Assembly: GCA_965197745.1 (NCBI GenBank)
Contig: CBDANS010000007.1
Location: 2,078,215 to 2,142,214 of the forward strand
Length of the DNA: 64,000 nucleotides
Origin: Opitutales bacterium
Lineage (GTDB): Bacteria > Verrucomicrobiota > Verrucomicrobiia > Opitutales > PNEW01
Reading direction: 5' to 3'
The position numbers and the translations under genes were made by a program. Position 1 is the stretch's first letter. Every line of letters begins with the position of its first letter. Under the pieces are notes generated by a model, which worked only from the letters and a program-made list of their open reading frames with translations, ran no database searches and was not told the origin of the DNA. This document shows, in pieces, positions 41,196-52,835 of this stretch.

Positions 41196-41441
41196 ATGAA
41201 TTTAGCCTTCTTACAGGGTATTGGGACCACAGAGTTGTTGATAATATTTTTTGCCATCCTTTTATTGTTTGGCGCAAAAAAATTACCTGAATTGGCTCGC
41301 GGTATGGGTAAATCCATCAAGGAGTTTAAAAAAGCTGCTCACGAAGTAGAGGAAGATATCCGCACTTCAGTCAAATCAGAAGAGTCGGAAAATAATAGCG
41401 AAGAAAACAAGATAGAAGCCTCTAAAGAGGAGACTTCCTAA
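41196..41441 (+). CDS. tatA: Twin-arginine translocase TatA/E
   Basis: ELLII..ILLLFGAKKLPELARGMGKSIKEFKK. Confidence 0.95.
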   Translation: MNLAFLQGIGTTELLIIFFAILLLFGAKKLPELARGMGKSIKEFKKAAHEVEEDIRTSVKSEESENNSEENKIEASKEETS

Positions 41442-41500
41442 GCCGTAGTCAGGATTTTCACCGGGGTATCCGTTTTTCTATCCTGGATACACGCGCCGCA

Positions 41501-42010
41501 TTAAGTGAGCGCAATCACTCCTTTTAATTGATCCATTACCCCTTGCGCTGACTTAGTCATAATGTCTACGAATGGCACGCTGAACTCTTTTTTAGTTCTT
41601 GTATGGAGATACCTTTGCGTGTGCCCTTCAGCTACTTTATCAATGGGCTTGAGTATCCTTTTGCGTTCAAGCATAAGTGCCAGTAGATATTTCAATACAT
41701 CAGCCTCTTCAGCTGCATTCTCTTTTTCTTCGTAAAGTGAAAGAAACAATTCTTCACTGGATAGTATAGCCTGTCTTTTAGCTTCAGCTTCATTGTCATA
41801 ATTTTTCATGACCTGCTCCCACCACCCTAAAAGAATGCCGGAAGGAGTGAATTCATTCGCTTCTTCTACATGAACATCGGCACGTTGTATTTCTCCATTA
41901 GCAGCTTTGTAAATATAACTGATAACTCTCTGCCCCTCTGTAAAGAGTCGGCCTGATTTTTGGGATTTCCTGGAAAGCGATTTTAAATGCCAGTCAACGT
42001 TTACCGTCAT
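41501..42010 (-). CDS. Conserved hypothetical protein
   Basis: 169-aa ATG ORF with LALMLERKRILK motif. Confidence 0.75.
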   Translation of the reverse strand: MTVNVDWHLKSLSRKSQKSGRLFTEGQRVISYIYKAANGEIQRADVHVEEANEFTPSGILLGWWEQVMKNYDNEAEAKRQAILSSEELFLSLYEEKENAAEEADVLKYLLALMLERKRILKPIDKVAEGHTQRYLHTRTKKEFSVPFVDIMTKSAQGVMDQLKGVIALT

Positions 42011-42146
42011 ATGCCATCACTGAAACCATTCTTCCTGAACTTGCCAATCTTTTAAAATCCAGTAAAGCTCGCATCGGATTCGCGACTTAAAGCAATAATG
42101 CTTTAAAATCAAAGCCCATAACTTTCATTATTTCTATTAATATATC

Positions 42147-42710
42147 ATGTCCGAAGTTAATGACCATTCCCCGAAAGGTGTAGCACTTCTCATAGTGGAC
42201 ATTCAGGAATCTTTTATGAGCGTAATCGATTCAGCCGACAAGCTGCTTCAACGCTGTTGTTTTGCCACGGAATCCGCTCGTCTGCTGGGTATGCCGATAG
42301 TATTTACTGAACAAGTGCCTGATAAGCTCGGGCCCAGGCATCCACGACTGGCAAAATTAGCTCCGAATGCCACAGTATTTCCAAAAACTGCTTTCTCTTG
42401 TTTCAAAGCCGACAATTTTAAAAAATACCTGCAAGACCAGGAAATTGAGCATCTTCTCATAGGAGGATTAGAAACGCCAATTTGTATCTATCAGACGGTT
42501 ATAGAAGCTTTGGAACAGGATTTTGATGTTACCCTACTAACAGACTGTATAGGCTGTCGCCGGCCGGAAGATGGCGAATCAATCTTAAAGTTTCTCAACG
42601 AGGAAACCTGCCATAAAGTTCCCTCAGAAACTGTATTTTACAGCATTTTAGGTGATGCAAACCATCCCCAGTTTCGCTTATTTTCTGCCTTAGTAAAAAA
42701 ATACCCTTGA
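42147..42710 (+). CDS. Isochorismatase-family hydrolase
   Basis: LLIVDIQE, TEQVPDKLG, KTAFSC, GLETPICIYQT. Confidence 0.92.
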   Translation: MSEVNDHSPKGVALLIVDIQESFMSVIDSADKLLQRCCFATESARLLGMPIVFTEQVPDKLGPRHPRLAKLAPNATVFPKTAFSCFKADNFKKYLQDQEIEHLLIGGLETPICIYQTVIEALEQDFDVTLLTDCIGCRRPEDGESILKFLNEETCHKVPSETVFYSILGDANHPQFRLFSALVKKYP

Positions 42711-42848
42711 ACATCGACTCTAAGGCGTTTCTTTTCCCACCACTTGAAAGAAACATCTAACATAGTTTTAACCTGATAACAGGATACGGATCATACCTGT
42801 AAACAGGTCTCATAAGCTCCTCATCCACCGCTATAATATTTACATAAA

Positions 42849-44219
42849 ATGACAGACCTGACTTCCATTTCAGAACAGGAGATCGAGGGCTATACTATCG
42901 AAGAGCTTCTAGCCTGCCCAAGAGAAGAGTTGAGTGAACTAAATGATGCGCGGCTCGCAATGACTTCATCAGCCGTAGTCGCCCATATGCTTGAACGCAT
43001 TCCGGTAGATGACCGACGGACAGTGCTGCGCCACTACCCGGAAGATGCCGCTTCAGATATTCTCGCTGAAATGGATGTTGAAGCATCGGCCGAAGTCGTC
43101 AGTGCCATGAAAGAATCGCGGGCGGTTAAGATTCTTGAGGAGTCCGATCCAGATGATGCAGCGGATATCGTGGGTGAGATGGATGAGGAAGATCGCACAC
43201 GGTTATTAGATAAAATCGATCCTGTCATTTCCCACACCGTCCAAACCCTCCTGAAATACGGACCGGAAACAGCCGGTGGTATTATGACCCCGGAATTTGC
43301 CGCGGTTTTTCCGGAAATGAACGCTGACCAGGCCATTAATCATCTGCGCTTACGGTATAAAGATACTGAGGATCTTTATTACCTCTATGTCATTGATAAA
43401 AATTATATACTCCTTGGCGTAGTATCCGTTCGCGATCTGATATTGGCACAGCCAGGACAGTTGATCGAAAATATCATGAACACCCAAATCAAAGGTATTT
43501 GCTCTCCCGACATGGACCGGGAGCAAGTTTCCCTGGCTATAGCGGAACACAACCTGTTTTCTCTACCTGTAGTAGGACCGGATAACAAGCTTTTAGGAAT
43601 CGTTACCGTGGATGATGTGATTGATATCATCCAGGATGAGGCTACTGAGGATATTCAAAAGTTAGTGGGCGCAGGACATGACGAGAGTATTCATGATAAA
43701 ATTTTTAATAGTTTGGGTAAGAGGCACCCTTGGCTGCAGGTAAATCTATTAACCGCCTTTCTGGCAGCGGGCGTTATATTTATTTTTCAAAAACAAATTG
43801 AAGAACTGACATTATTGGCGGTTTTTATGCCGATCATTGCGAGCCTGGGAGGCAATGCTGGAACACAAACCCTGGCAGTAGCCATTCGCAGCATTGCTCT
43901 GGGTGAAGTGGGAAATGATGAGCAACTTAAACTTTGTCTCAGAGAAACACTGAAGGGCGTTATCAACGGAGTCGCCGTAGGAATTATTGCGGCCCTTCTC
44001 GCATACAGTGTTACACAGAGCGGTGGCGTGGCTTTAATTATTATTGTCGCATTGATTTTAAATATGGGATTAGCCGGCCTTCTCGGTGCTCTTATCCCAA
44101 TGCTCTTGCAAAAGTTTCATTTAGATCCTGCCCAAAGTTCATCCATCTTTCTTACTGCGGTATCCGATGTGGCAGGATTTTTTATTTTCCTGAGCCTGGG
44201 GACATGGCTCCTGCTCTAA
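42849..44219 (+). CDS. mgtE: Magnesium transporter MgtE
   Basis: N-domain, TAGGIMT, CBS pair, EATEDI, GGNAGTQT, DPAQSS...D. Confidence 0.96.
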   Translation: MTDLTSISEQEIEGYTIEELLACPREELSELNDARLAMTSSAVVAHMLERIPVDDRRTVLRHYPEDAASDILAEMDVEASAEVVSAMKESRAVKILEESDPDDAADIVGEMDEEDRTRLLDKIDPVISHTVQTLLKYGPETAGGIMTPEFAAVFPEMNADQAINHLRLRYKDTEDLYYLYVIDKNYILLGVVSVRDLILAQPGQLIENIMNTQIKGICSPDMDREQVSLAIAEHNLFSLPVVGPDNKLLGIVTVDDVIDIIQDEATEDIQKLVGAGHDESIHDKIFNSLGKRHPWLQVNLLTAFLAAGVIFIFQKQIEELTLLAVFMPIIASLGGNAGTQTLAVAIRSIALGEVGNDEQLKLCLRETLKGVINGVAVGIIAALLAYSVTQSGGVALIIIVALILNMGLAGLLGALIPMLLQKFHLDPAQSSSIFLTAVSDVAGFFIFLSLGTWLLL

Positions 44220-44259
44220 AAGTCATCGCCATAACAAAGATTATTTACTAATCTTGAGT

Positions 44260-44277
44260 TGCGAAAGCGCTTTCGCA
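44260..44277. terminator. Perfect palindrome between convergent genes (terminator or REP-like)
   Basis: TGCGAAAGCGCTTTCGCA. Confidence 0.4.
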
Positions 44278-44345
44278 GCTTATCTCTGCAAAATCGTGCT
44301 GCGGATATCTGCAGGGTAAACTAAAAACAGGTGCGGATAATTTGA

Positions 44346-45023
44346 TTATCGCACAAGTTTAAGCCGGTTTTTGTCTATCAGGACATCATTTAACTGAATC
44401 CAGGGTCCCCTTAAACTATCCGATGCTTCACTTTCCATAAAACCTGTGGAGAAGAAAGTAAATATGCGATTGGGTAACTCAGCAATTCCAGGTATGGGGC
44501 AGGAGCCGAGATAACCCGAATCAGCGAAAAAAGAATAGTTACCTCCCATGTTTAAAAAAGTTCCCTTTGTTTGGCAAACAATGTCGCCCGACTTACCCAA
44601 CAAAGAAACGCTTATTTTTGCGGATATCTGCATTTCTCCATCAGCAATTCTGAAATTCGGCGCGGTCGCTTTCATCTTAAATTTCAGAATACCACCATCA
44701 TCACTTTTGCCGGGATCGGGTTTAAAACTTGCCCGCGACCAGGCATTCAGTTCACCCTCCGTGACAATTAAAGTGCCGGGACTCTGCTGCATGAATGCTC
44801 TCGATTTGCTCTTCCATGCGCTCCCTCCCTTCTCTTCACCGGCAATAAAGTAAACTGTTTTAGGCACTCGATCTTCCAGTGCAGGCAGCTCTTTTACTGT
44901 CTTGATGGGCAAGAAAGCGGTATTAACTGCAGCGAGAATTAAACCCAACGCTGTCCCGAAGACAGCTACTAAGATGATGCTGAGAAGGCTTGGTTCGTAT
45001 TCTTCTTTTACCTCTAAGGCCAT
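44346..45023 (-). CDS. Hypothetical membrane-anchored protein
   Basis: 225 aa with N-terminal TM helix; co-oriented with neighbours. Confidence 0.75.
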   Translation of the reverse strand: MALEVKEEYEPSLLSIILVAVFGTALGLILAAVNTAFLPIKTVKELPALEDRVPKTVYFIAGEEKGGSAWKSKSRAFMQQSPGTLIVTEGELNAWSRASFKPDPGKSDDGGILKFKMKATAPNFRIADGEMQISAKISVSLLGKSGDIVCQTKGTFLNMGGNYSFFADSGYLGSCPIPGIAELPNRIFTFFSTGFMESEASDSLRGPWIQLNDVLIDKNRLKLVR

Positions 45024-45035
45024 AACATTAAATTA

Positions 45036-45338
45036 TTAATCATCACTTTTTTTTGAAGCAGTTGATGCAGTCGCCGTACTTTCTTTTGATTTCTCGGCTG
45101 GCTTCTCTTTTTTGGAAGGGGATTCGCTGCTTTCCTTTTCTTTCTTTCCACCGTTATTTTTATAATCTGTCTGGTAAAACCCACTGCCTTTAAAGATTAT
45201 ACCCGCACCTGTCCCAATCTGGCGTTGTAAGCCACGCCGTTTACAAGCAGGACATTTAACCAGTGGTTTTGCCACGATGGTTTGAAATACCTCTACAGCT
45301 TCCCCACAAAATTTACACGTATAATCGTAAGTTGGCAT
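45036..45338 (-). CDS. FmdB-family zinc ribbon protein
   Basis: MPTYDYTCKFC...CPAC...IIFKGSGFYQTDY. Confidence 0.93.
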   Translation of the reverse strand: MPTYDYTCKFCGEAVEVFQTIVAKPLVKCPACKRRGLQRQIGTGAGIIFKGSGFYQTDYKNNGGKKEKESSESPSKKEKPAEKSKESTATASTASKKSDD

Positions 45339-45375
45339 CCCTTCTATAAATATGTATCAAATATTTATGTTACGT

Positions 45376-45978
45376 TTAGCCAGCTTTTTTTTCCAAGGCT
45401 TTAAAAACAGCATTGTGGTAAGCCAAAATCACTAAAAAGCCAAGGAAAAAAGCAAACCCATAGAGGGGCGCTCCCACCAGCATTAACCCGCAAAATGATA
45501 AAGCGGGAATTAACAGTTGGGGCCAATTTTTAGTTAACATCACAAAAATTATATCAAATCGAAATAGATCTTTAGGACTGTCACTCGACTGGTAGCGGTA
45601 GAGCGCGGCAGAACATAAAGCCGGCGCAACCAGTAAAACAAATGCCAGGGGTACTTTAGAAAAAATCCCCAGCCCTATCCAGTATAATAAAAGCGCTAAC
45701 AATTTAACCAAAAGTAAAGCGGCTATGAGAGGGATGCCGGCAAAAACCAGGACAATTAGAAAGAGTTTCAATCCATCTATAAATAACCCAGTCCAATTAT
45801 CCCATGGGAGAAGACCATAATTATCCTCATTCCGCACCTGTTTCGAATAACGAAATAAATACCCGAGAGAGAAGAAATTCACTACCGGAATGAAACTCAA
45901 TAAACCACCAATCAGAAAACGACTTCCGAATTCAGGTTCGTTTATTATTTTTCTGCAGACTTCTTCAAAGCTGGGCAT
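45376..45978 (-). CDS. DUF4013-like membrane protein
   Basis: LIGGLLSFIPVVNFFSLGY...LLPWDNWTGLFIDG. Confidence 0.8.
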   Translation of the reverse strand: MPSFEEVCRKIINEPEFGSRFLIGGLLSFIPVVNFFSLGYLFRYSKQVRNEDNYGLLPWDNWTGLFIDGLKLFLIVLVFAGIPLIAALLLVKLLALLLYWIGLGIFSKVPLAFVLLVAPALCSAALYRYQSSDSPKDLFRFDIIFVMLTKNWPQLLIPALSFCGLMLVGAPLYGFAFFLGFLVILAYHNAVFKALEKKAG

Positions 45979-46109
45979 AATTCAGATTGCGTTTTATTTA
46001 TAAAATTAAATAAATCATAATTTATAATTTATAAATCATAATTTATAAGCGGCGATTAAGTTTTGCAATTATCAATTTCCTCCCCATCGACAGTCTGATC
46101 ACATCGTTC

Positions 46110-46997
46110 ATGAATACTACACAATTCGAAGCAGCGCTTGATAATTACCGCGGATTGGCAGAAAAAGGGATTAATCAATACCTGCCCAACGCGAATGAGC
46201 GCCCAAGTCGTTTGCACGGGGCGATGAGATATAGCATGGAGGGTGGTGGTAAATTACTGCGTCCTGTCCTTGTTCTTGCCGGTAATTCTCTCTACCCAAC
46301 TTTGGCTGACCCCCTACCCGCGGCTGTTGCCGTGGAATGCCTGCACACATACTCACTTATCCACGACGATCTTCCCAGCATGGATGATAGCGATCTTCGC
46401 AGAGGACGTTCTACTTGTCATAAAAAGTATGATGAAGCAACGGCCGTCTTAGCTGGTGATGCTCTTTTGACTCATGCTTTCTGGTTGTTGGCTGATTCTT
46501 ATCGCGACGAACCTGCGCTAGCCGCATCACTCATTCAAGAGCTGGGTGATGCCGCGGGTAGTCGCAAATTAATTGGAGGTCAAATGGAAGATATTCTAGG
46601 GGAAAGGAATGACTACAGCGCGGAGCAAATTGACTTTATTCATTTAAATAAGACGGCAGCGTTAATAACGGCTTCCATCATAATGGGAGTTCGCACTACC
46701 CTTGCCACTCCTGATTCGCTGAAATGCACTCGTGAGTTTGGTCAGAATCTCGGAATGGCTTTTCAAATAATCGACGATATCCTTGATGCCACCAGTAATT
46801 CCGACACCCTGGGAAAAACGACTGGATTAGATACGAAAAACGATACAAATTCTTACGTAAAACTGCACGGTTTGGAGAAATCACGAGCTAAAGCCAAAGA
46901 ATTCACAGAAAACGCTTTGGATAAAATAAATCAATTCGACGCTGACACTCAATTTATCGAAGCACTTGTCAGGCGTTTAGAACATCGCTTGAAGTAA
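46110..46997 (+). CDS. ispA: Polyprenyl (farnesyl/geranylgeranyl) diphosphate synthase
   Basis: GGKLLRP, IHDDLPSMDD...RRG, AGDALL, FQIIDDILD. Confidence 0.93.
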   Translation: MNTTQFEAALDNYRGLAEKGINQYLPNANERPSRLHGAMRYSMEGGGKLLRPVLVLAGNSLYPTLADPLPAAVAVECLHTYSLIHDDLPSMDDSDLRRGRSTCHKKYDEATAVLAGDALLTHAFWLLADSYRDEPALAASLIQELGDAAGSRKLIGGQMEDILGERNDYSAEQIDFIHLNKTAALITASIIMGVRTTLATPDSLKCTREFGQNLGMAFQIIDDILDATSNSDTLGKTTGLDTKNDTNSYVKLHGLEKSRAKAKEFTENALDKINQFDADTQFIEALVRRLEHRLK

Positions 46998-47119
46998 ATT
47001 TATCTGCTCTTTAAACAGCTTCAGATGGGATTAAACCCAACTCCTGAACCTAATTTTCTAACTGACTTAATTCAGGTAATTGACTTGCGTAATTAATCTT
47101 AATACACAGTTTTTATACC

Positions 47120-47575
47120 ATGCAAAACGATGTTGTAGAGGTCAACATTAAGGCCGTCGTCCCCGTCCCTACTGCCAATAGTAACGGGTGCGCAATATTC
47201 TTGGGAACGGAGGATAAGACTTTTCTTATTCATGTTGAAGCGCACATAGGTAAAGCCATATCCATGGCTATAAATGAAGAGAAAAAAACCCGACCGCTCA
47301 CCCATGATCTCATAGGCAATATCTATAAAGGATTTGCTATTGAGTTAGAGCGCATCGTAATAAACGATTTTAATAAAGAGTTTTACTACGCGCGGATCAT
47401 CATGAAAATGGAAAACGAACTGGGGACAAAGATTGTTGAGATTGATGCCCGTCCCAGCGATTCCATGGTACTTGCGGTGCAATGCAAAAAACCCATCCTT
47501 GTTGCCAGGAAAGTCCTTGATGAAGCCGAAGATATGACGGAAGCCCTGGCCGGGATTCTCAAGCAGCAAAATTAA
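47120..47575 (+). CDS. Bifunctional nuclease family protein (DUF151)
   Basis: RPLTHDL, IDARPSD. Confidence 0.92.
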   Translation: MQNDVVEVNIKAVVPVPTANSNGCAIFLGTEDKTFLIHVEAHIGKAISMAINEEKKTRPLTHDLIGNIYKGFAIELERIVINDFNKEFYYARIIMKMENELGTKIVEIDARPSDSMVLAVQCKKPILVARKVLDEAEDMTEALAGILKQQN

Positions 47576-47727
47576 GCCATCACTCATGAATCGCCACACC
47601 GTTGCGGACGGTGGTCTATAATGCGCTTTTGACCGAAAACAAAATTCATTTTATTCGGTTACAGCTAACGCCGATGTCGCGCAAACAGAACCTTAGATGC
47701 CCATCAGCCTTAATGAGACACTGCCGC

Positions 47728-50592
47728 TCATTTTTTCTGTTCGAGGTAATCCATTAAACAAGTAGCGGTGGCAGAATTATCAACATCATTAAAATCATCA
47801 CGTCTGCCTGAATAAACAATGTTTCCTCCATTTTCTCCTCCACCCGGCCCGAGATCGACGACCCAGTCAGAAAGACTGATCACATCGAGATTGTGCTCAA
47901 TGATGATTATTGTATTTCCGGCATCCCGTAATTTAAATAAAAGATCCATTAGTTTTTGCACATCATCCCAATGGAGCCCCGTCGTAGGTTCATCAAGTAT
48001 ATAAAGCGTGTTTCCCTGTTGGCGTTTACTCAGCTCAAGTGAAAGTTTTATTCGCTGCGCCTCTCCACCGGATAGTGTATTAGCCGCTTGCCCGAGTTGA
48101 ATGTAACCCAGACCCACCGCTTGCAGGGTATTCAGCTTATCCATAATTCGTGGTTGAAAACGAAAAAGCAACAGAGCTTCATCAACCGTCATTTCGAGAA
48201 TTTCAGCTATATTGTATCCTTTAAATCGAACATCGAGTGTCTCCCGATTATAGCGACGTCCCAGGCAACTCGTGCAGTCTACAAATACATCTGACAAAAA
48301 ATGCATATCGAGTTTGATTAATCCATCACCTTTACAGCGTTCACATCGTCCCCCTCTGACATTAAAACTAAAGCGACTTGCTTTGTAACCTCTCACTTTG
48401 GCCAGGGGGCAGAGCGCGAATAGCTGGCGGAGCAAATCAAATAATTTTGTATACGTAGCCGGATTAGAGCGTGGTGTTCTACCGATAGGTTCCTGGTTTA
48501 CACGAACCACAGATTGAAAATTATCCAGCCCCGTGATTCCGTCATGTTTTCCGGGTATAGCTTTAGCCCGATGAAGTTTAAATGCCGCTGCGTTAGCCAG
48601 GATATCGTTTACCAGCGTGCTTTTACCTGATCCGGAAACTCCTGTCACGCAGCATAGCATTCCGATAGGAAAGGCGACATCGATGGACTTTAAATTATGA
48701 TGGGCGGCACCCCTTATTTTTATAGTCCCTTTATTTATTTCACTGGTATGCGCATTTTTGCGAAGAATAATACCACCCCTTAAATAAAGACCTGTCCTTG
48801 AGAATTCATTTTTAAATACTTCCTCCGTTGGACCATGAAAAACAAGCTGCCCACCCTCAGCACCGGCCCCTGGCCCCAACTCTATAAGATAGTCAGCGCT
48901 GCGTATCGTCGCTTCGTCATGCTCGACGACAATAACCGCGTTACCCCGGTTTCGCAAATCGAATAAGGTACTCAAAAGCTTTTTATGATCATGGGAATGA
49001 AGACCTATTGTTGGTTCATCGAGAACATAGGCGACACCCACTAAACCCATGCCAAGTTGGGTAGCAAGCCGCGTGCGTTGAGCTTCACCTCCACTCAAGC
49101 TGGTGTAAGCGCGGTCCAAAGTAAGGTAGCCCAATCCCACTTCGTTAAGAAAATGAAGCCTCTGTTCCAAGCTGCTTATAGCATCAGCTACTTTTTCAAA
49201 TATTCCTTTGCTTTTCGTTAACTTTCGAATATGAGCCAGGGCATCATTGATGGATAGTGCCATAAAATCGGCATACCCTATTCCATTGAGTTTCACCTTC
49301 AGGCTGAGTTGGCTTAAACGTTTCCCCTTGCAGGTTGGGCATATCGAACTTACCTGATAGGCCATAAGTCGGGCTTTCAATCCATCACTTGACGTCTCAG
49401 AACGAGTTTTAACCAGATCAACCATGATACCTTCATAGGACATGATTTTAGGCTTACGATTGCCACCGGTAAGTTTAAAACTAAATAAACGGTCTCTCGC
49501 TCCGTGCAAAATAGTATCACGATTATGTGATGGCAGATCTTTCCACGGTGTATTGGGATCAAATGGCAACTGTTCGGCAAGCTGTTTAAGAATAGCATTG
49601 CGCTTAATGATCATGCGTTTAGATCCAAGTCTCCAAGGTTTTATTGCTCCCCCTTTCACTGATTTTTCAGGGTCAGGCACGATGAGATCGTCTGTAAATT
49701 GTAAGGTATGACCGAGTCCACCACACTCAGCACAGGCCCCTTCCGGGTGGTTATAAGAAAAACGTCTCGGCGTTATAGGATCATACACTGTTCCGCAAGT
49801 TTCACATGAGAGATGTTGACTGACTGTAATTTCTTCCCACTCCTTCCCTCCTTTCTCAACAAGGATTATAGCGCTGTCCTTTCCTTCGCGAAAAGCAAGT
49901 TCGAGCGAATCAGCTATACGACTGCGTTGATCCGGTTTCAAGACAACGCGGTCGATGACTATATCCACAGTTATTTCTTTTAATCGGGAATCAATAAGTT
50001 CGTCATCATCGAGGTTTTTGATTTCACCATTTAAACGCACCCGTTGAAACCCCCGTTGGCGTATTCTTGGCAGTTCCTCGCGAAGTATTGCCGGTTTGGC
50101 CTCGATGCAATGGGCAAGAATCATTAAACGGCTTCCGGCTTCTTCTTTATATATTCGCCTTATACAATCGTCGACTGAACGCCGGGCAATGGCTCCGTCA
50201 TCTTTAGGACAGAAGGGCTCCCCGCAGACAGACCATAGCAGGCGCGCATAGTCGGCAATCTCAGTAACCGTGGCCATGGTACTACGCGGGTTGGCACCAC
50301 CGCCGCTGCGCTGCTCTATAGCTATTACCGGAGAGAGACCGTGAATATAATCCACATCAGGTCGTCGTATCTGATCGAGAACCTGCCGCGCCTTGGGAGA
50401 TAAACTGTCTATATATTTGCGATGCCCTTCAGCATATATTGTATCGAAGGCAAGGGACGACTTACCCGATCCACTCACCCCGGTAATGACCACGAGCTGA
50501 CCACGGGGTATTCGTAATTCAATATTCCTTAAATTATGTTCACGAGCCCCTTTAATATGGATATAATCGGTGTTCATTATGTTACCGGGCAT
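47728..50592 (-). CDS. uvrA: Excinuclease ABC subunit A
   Basis: GAREHNL, two GVSGSGKS motifs, LSGGEAQR twice, Zn fingers. Confidence 0.97.
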   Translation of the reverse strand: MPGNIMNTDYIHIKGAREHNLRNIELRIPRGQLVVITGVSGSGKSSLAFDTIYAEGHRKYIDSLSPKARQVLDQIRRPDVDYIHGLSPVIAIEQRSGGGANPRSTMATVTEIADYARLLWSVCGEPFCPKDDGAIARRSVDDCIRRIYKEEAGSRLMILAHCIEAKPAILREELPRIRQRGFQRVRLNGEIKNLDDDELIDSRLKEITVDIVIDRVVLKPDQRSRIADSLELAFREGKDSAIILVEKGGKEWEEITVSQHLSCETCGTVYDPITPRRFSYNHPEGACAECGGLGHTLQFTDDLIVPDPEKSVKGGAIKPWRLGSKRMIIKRNAILKQLAEQLPFDPNTPWKDLPSHNRDTILHGARDRLFSFKLTGGNRKPKIMSYEGIMVDLVKTRSETSSDGLKARLMAYQVSSICPTCKGKRLSQLSLKVKLNGIGYADFMALSINDALAHIRKLTKSKGIFEKVADAISSLEQRLHFLNEVGLGYLTLDRAYTSLSGGEAQRTRLATQLGMGLVGVAYVLDEPTIGLHSHDHKKLLSTLFDLRNRGNAVIVVEHDEATIRSADYLIELGPGAGAEGGQLVFHGPTEEVFKNEFSRTGLYLRGGIILRKNAHTSEINKGTIKIRGAAHHNLKSIDVAFPIGMLCCVTGVSGSGKSTLVNDILANAAAFKLHRAKAIPGKHDGITGLDNFQSVVRVNQEPIGRTPRSNPATYTKLFDLLRQLFALCPLAKVRGYKASRFSFNVRGGRCERCKGDGLIKLDMHFLSDVFVDCTSCLGRRYNRETLDVRFKGYNIAEILEMTVDEALLLFRFQPRIMDKLNTLQAVGLGYIQLGQAANTLSGGEAQRIKLSLELSKRQQGNTLYILDEPTTGLHWDDVQKLMDLLFKLRDAGNTIIIIEHNLDVISLSDWVVDLGPGGGENGGNIVYSGRRDDFNDVDNSATATCLMDYLEQKK

Positions 50593-50766
50593 CCATTATA
50601 TAAATGGGTTTCATCGTTAAGCTAAATGATAATCAGTCAGTGTATGATTCATTAATATATATGCATTGTGCAGCAAATTTTGCGTCGACAGGACATTGCA
50701 ACACATTCAAATATCGTCAGAATTAACAGCTTACAATTTAGTATACCAAAATCATCTTCTATTTAA

Positions 50767-51036
50767 ATGGATAAAAAACCAATATTATATATCAAGCAAG
50801 GATGTCCCTGGTGTAGCGAGGCAGTGTCTCATTTTGCCCGCCAGGAGATGAACCTGATTATAAAAGATGTCAGTCAAAATACACATGATATGGATCATAT
50901 GATCAAAATCACCGGCCAAAGCCTCACTCCTACCTTCGAATATGGAGACTTTATCGTAGCTGATTTCAGTATTGATGAATTTCAGCAACAGCTGGAAAAT
51001 GCGCCAGACGTAAAAAAAGCCCTCGGCATCAAATAA
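50767..51036 (+). CDS. Glutaredoxin-family protein
   Basis: LYIKQGCPWC, GQSLTPT. Confidence 0.88.
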   Translation: MDKKPILYIKQGCPWCSEAVSHFARQEMNLIIKDVSQNTHDMDHMIKITGQSLTPTFEYGDFIVADFSIDEFQQQLENAPDVKKALGIK

Positions 51037-51054
51037 TAGTTAATAGGCTAAGCC

Positions 51055-51082
51055 GGGGTTACGCGTCTTGACCCCTATTTTT
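51055..51082 (+). terminator. Probable intrinsic terminator
   Basis: GGGGTTA-N7-TGACCCC followed by TATTTTT. Confidence 0.45.
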
Positions 51083-51104
51083 GATCGGGCTGAAATAGTT
51101 TTTC

Positions 51105-52346
51105 CTACATATTATCTATGATTGCTGTTCCAAATTCTGAGCATTTTACCTCATTGGAATCTTCGATTAAGCGGGCCAGGTCATAGGTTACCACTTTAGA
51201 ACTGATTGCATTTTCAATACCCCTGATAATATAGTCGGCCGCCTCACTCCACCCCAGATAGCGAAACATCATCTCTCCTGAAAGGATAACTGAACCGGGG
51301 TTTACTTTATCCTGTCCTTTGTATTTTGGAGCTGTACCGTGGGTCGCTTCAAATATGGCATTTCCTGTTTCGAAATTTATATTGCCTCCGGGCGCTATCC
51401 CAATACCGCCAACCTGTGCTGCCAAAGCATCAGAAATATAGTCTCCATTCAAATTGAGGGTCGCAATAACATCGTATTCTGATGGTCGCGTTAAAATCTG
51501 CTGAAGAAATGCGTCAGCAATTACGTCTTTAATAATGATACCCTCGCGAGTTTGACACCAGGGTCCGCCATCGAGCTCTTCTGCACCAAATTCCCTTTTC
51601 GCCAGCTGATACCCCCAATCACGAAAAGCGCCCTCGGTGTATTTCATGATGTTGCCCTTGTGGACGAGGGTAACACTCTTACGCTTCTCTTTTATCGCGT
51701 AATTTATCGCCGATTGAACTAATCGGGATGTCCCCTCCATAGATACAGGTTTTAGCCCTATCCCGACTGTATCGGGGAAACGTATTTTCTTGTAACGTTC
51801 TGGAAAGTTTTCCCCCAAAAAATTCTTTACTTTATTTACTTCATCCGAACCCTGTTCAAACTCAATTCCCGCATATATATCTTCGGTATTTTCTCGAAAT
51901 ATCACCATATCGACATTTTCCGGGTTTTTAACCGGACTTGATACCCCACGAAAATGACGGACCGGTCGTAGACAGGTGAAGAGGTCTAATTCCTGCCTCA
52001 GGGCTACATTTAAGGACCGAATCCCACCCCCCACCGGTGTGGTTAAGGGTCCTTTGATCCCAATGAGATACTTGCGAACCGCGGTGATAGTATCCTCGGG
52101 TAACCAACTCTCAAATTTTTCAAATGCTTTTTCTCCCGCGAATATCTCAAACCACTGAATTTGTCTTTTACCCCCATAGGCTTTATCGACGGCCGCGTCG
52201 AAGACGCGTTGAGCTGCAGCCCAGATGTCCGGGCCTATGCCATCACCCTCAATGAACGGAATAACAGGTCGGTCTGGAACGACGAGCTTGCCATTTATAA
52301 ATTGAACAGGATCGCCAGAAGGAGGGGTTATGGAATCATTACTCAT
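51105..52346 (-). CDS. icd: NADP-dependent isocitrate dehydrogenase
   Basis: [47 protein letters not shown]. Confidence 0.97.
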   Translation of the reverse strand: MSNDSITPPSGDPVQFINGKLVVPDRPVIPFIEGDGIGPDIWAAAQRVFDAAVDKAYGGKRQIQWFEIFAGEKAFEKFESWLPEDTITAVRKYLIGIKGPLTTPVGGGIRSLNVALRQELDLFTCLRPVRHFRGVSSPVKNPENVDMVIFRENTEDIYAGIEFEQGSDEVNKVKNFLGENFPERYKKIRFPDTVGIGLKPVSMEGTSRLVQSAINYAIKEKRKSVTLVHKGNIMKYTEGAFRDWGYQLAKREFGAEELDGGPWCQTREGIIIKDVIADAFLQQILTRPSEYDVIATLNLNGDYISDALAAQVGGIGIAPGGNINFETGNAIFEATHGTAPKYKGQDKVNPGSVILSGEMMFRYLGWSEAADYIIRGIENAISSKVVTYDLARLIEDSNEVKCSEFGTAIIDNM

Positions 52347-52454
52347 GATAACGTAATTTATTTAAATTCCAGTTATGGCAATTATTTTTTTAAGCCCACC
52401 TCCATTTTCAATGTATTAAAGGGCAGTGGAAATTGAATTGATGATCCTCTCCGT

Positions 52455-52494
52455 AACCAAAACCAAAGCCGTAGGCTTTACGCCTACGGCTTTG
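52455..52494 (-). terminator. Intrinsic terminator downstream of the histone-like gene
   Basis: 13-bp perfect stem CAAAGCCGTAGGC/GCCTACGGCTTTG, followed on the minus strand by GTTTTGGTT. Confidence 0.7.
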
Positions 52495-52634
52495 AGTGAT
52501 TTCGCCTATTAAGGCGAAGGGGTAACATTATCCGCTGCAGCGGATAATTTTCAAAATCGGTTTCCTCATTTCATAGCGCGTTTGCGCTTTGATAAGAAAG
52601 GATGCCCAATTTTACTTAAGAATATAACTTTCAG

Positions 52635-52835
52635 TTATCCCCTTCTTTTTTTCGCAGCTTTCTTTTTAGCCGTTTTCTTTTTCGTGGCTTTCTTTTTAGC
52701 TGGTATTTTCCTAGCAGCTTTTTTGGCTACTTTCTTTTTCGCAGCTTTCTTTTTAGCTGGTCTTTTCTTAGCAGCTTTCTTTTTAGCCGTTTTCTTTTTC
52801 GCGGCTTTCTTTTTAGCTTTTTTCTTTGCTGGCAT
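52635..52835 (-). CDS. Histone H1-like Lys/Ala-rich nucleoid protein
   Basis: 66 aa made of pentapeptide repeats (KKKAA, KKKTA, KKRPA). Confidence 0.8.
   Translation of the reverse strand: MPAKKKAKKKAAKKKTAKKKAAKKRPAKKKAAKKKVAKKAARKIPAKKKATKKKTAKKKAAKKRRG

Noticed and set aside
44260..44277. GAAAGCGCTTTC as a LacI/CcpA operator
   Set aside because: Lies between convergent 3' ends, not in a promoter
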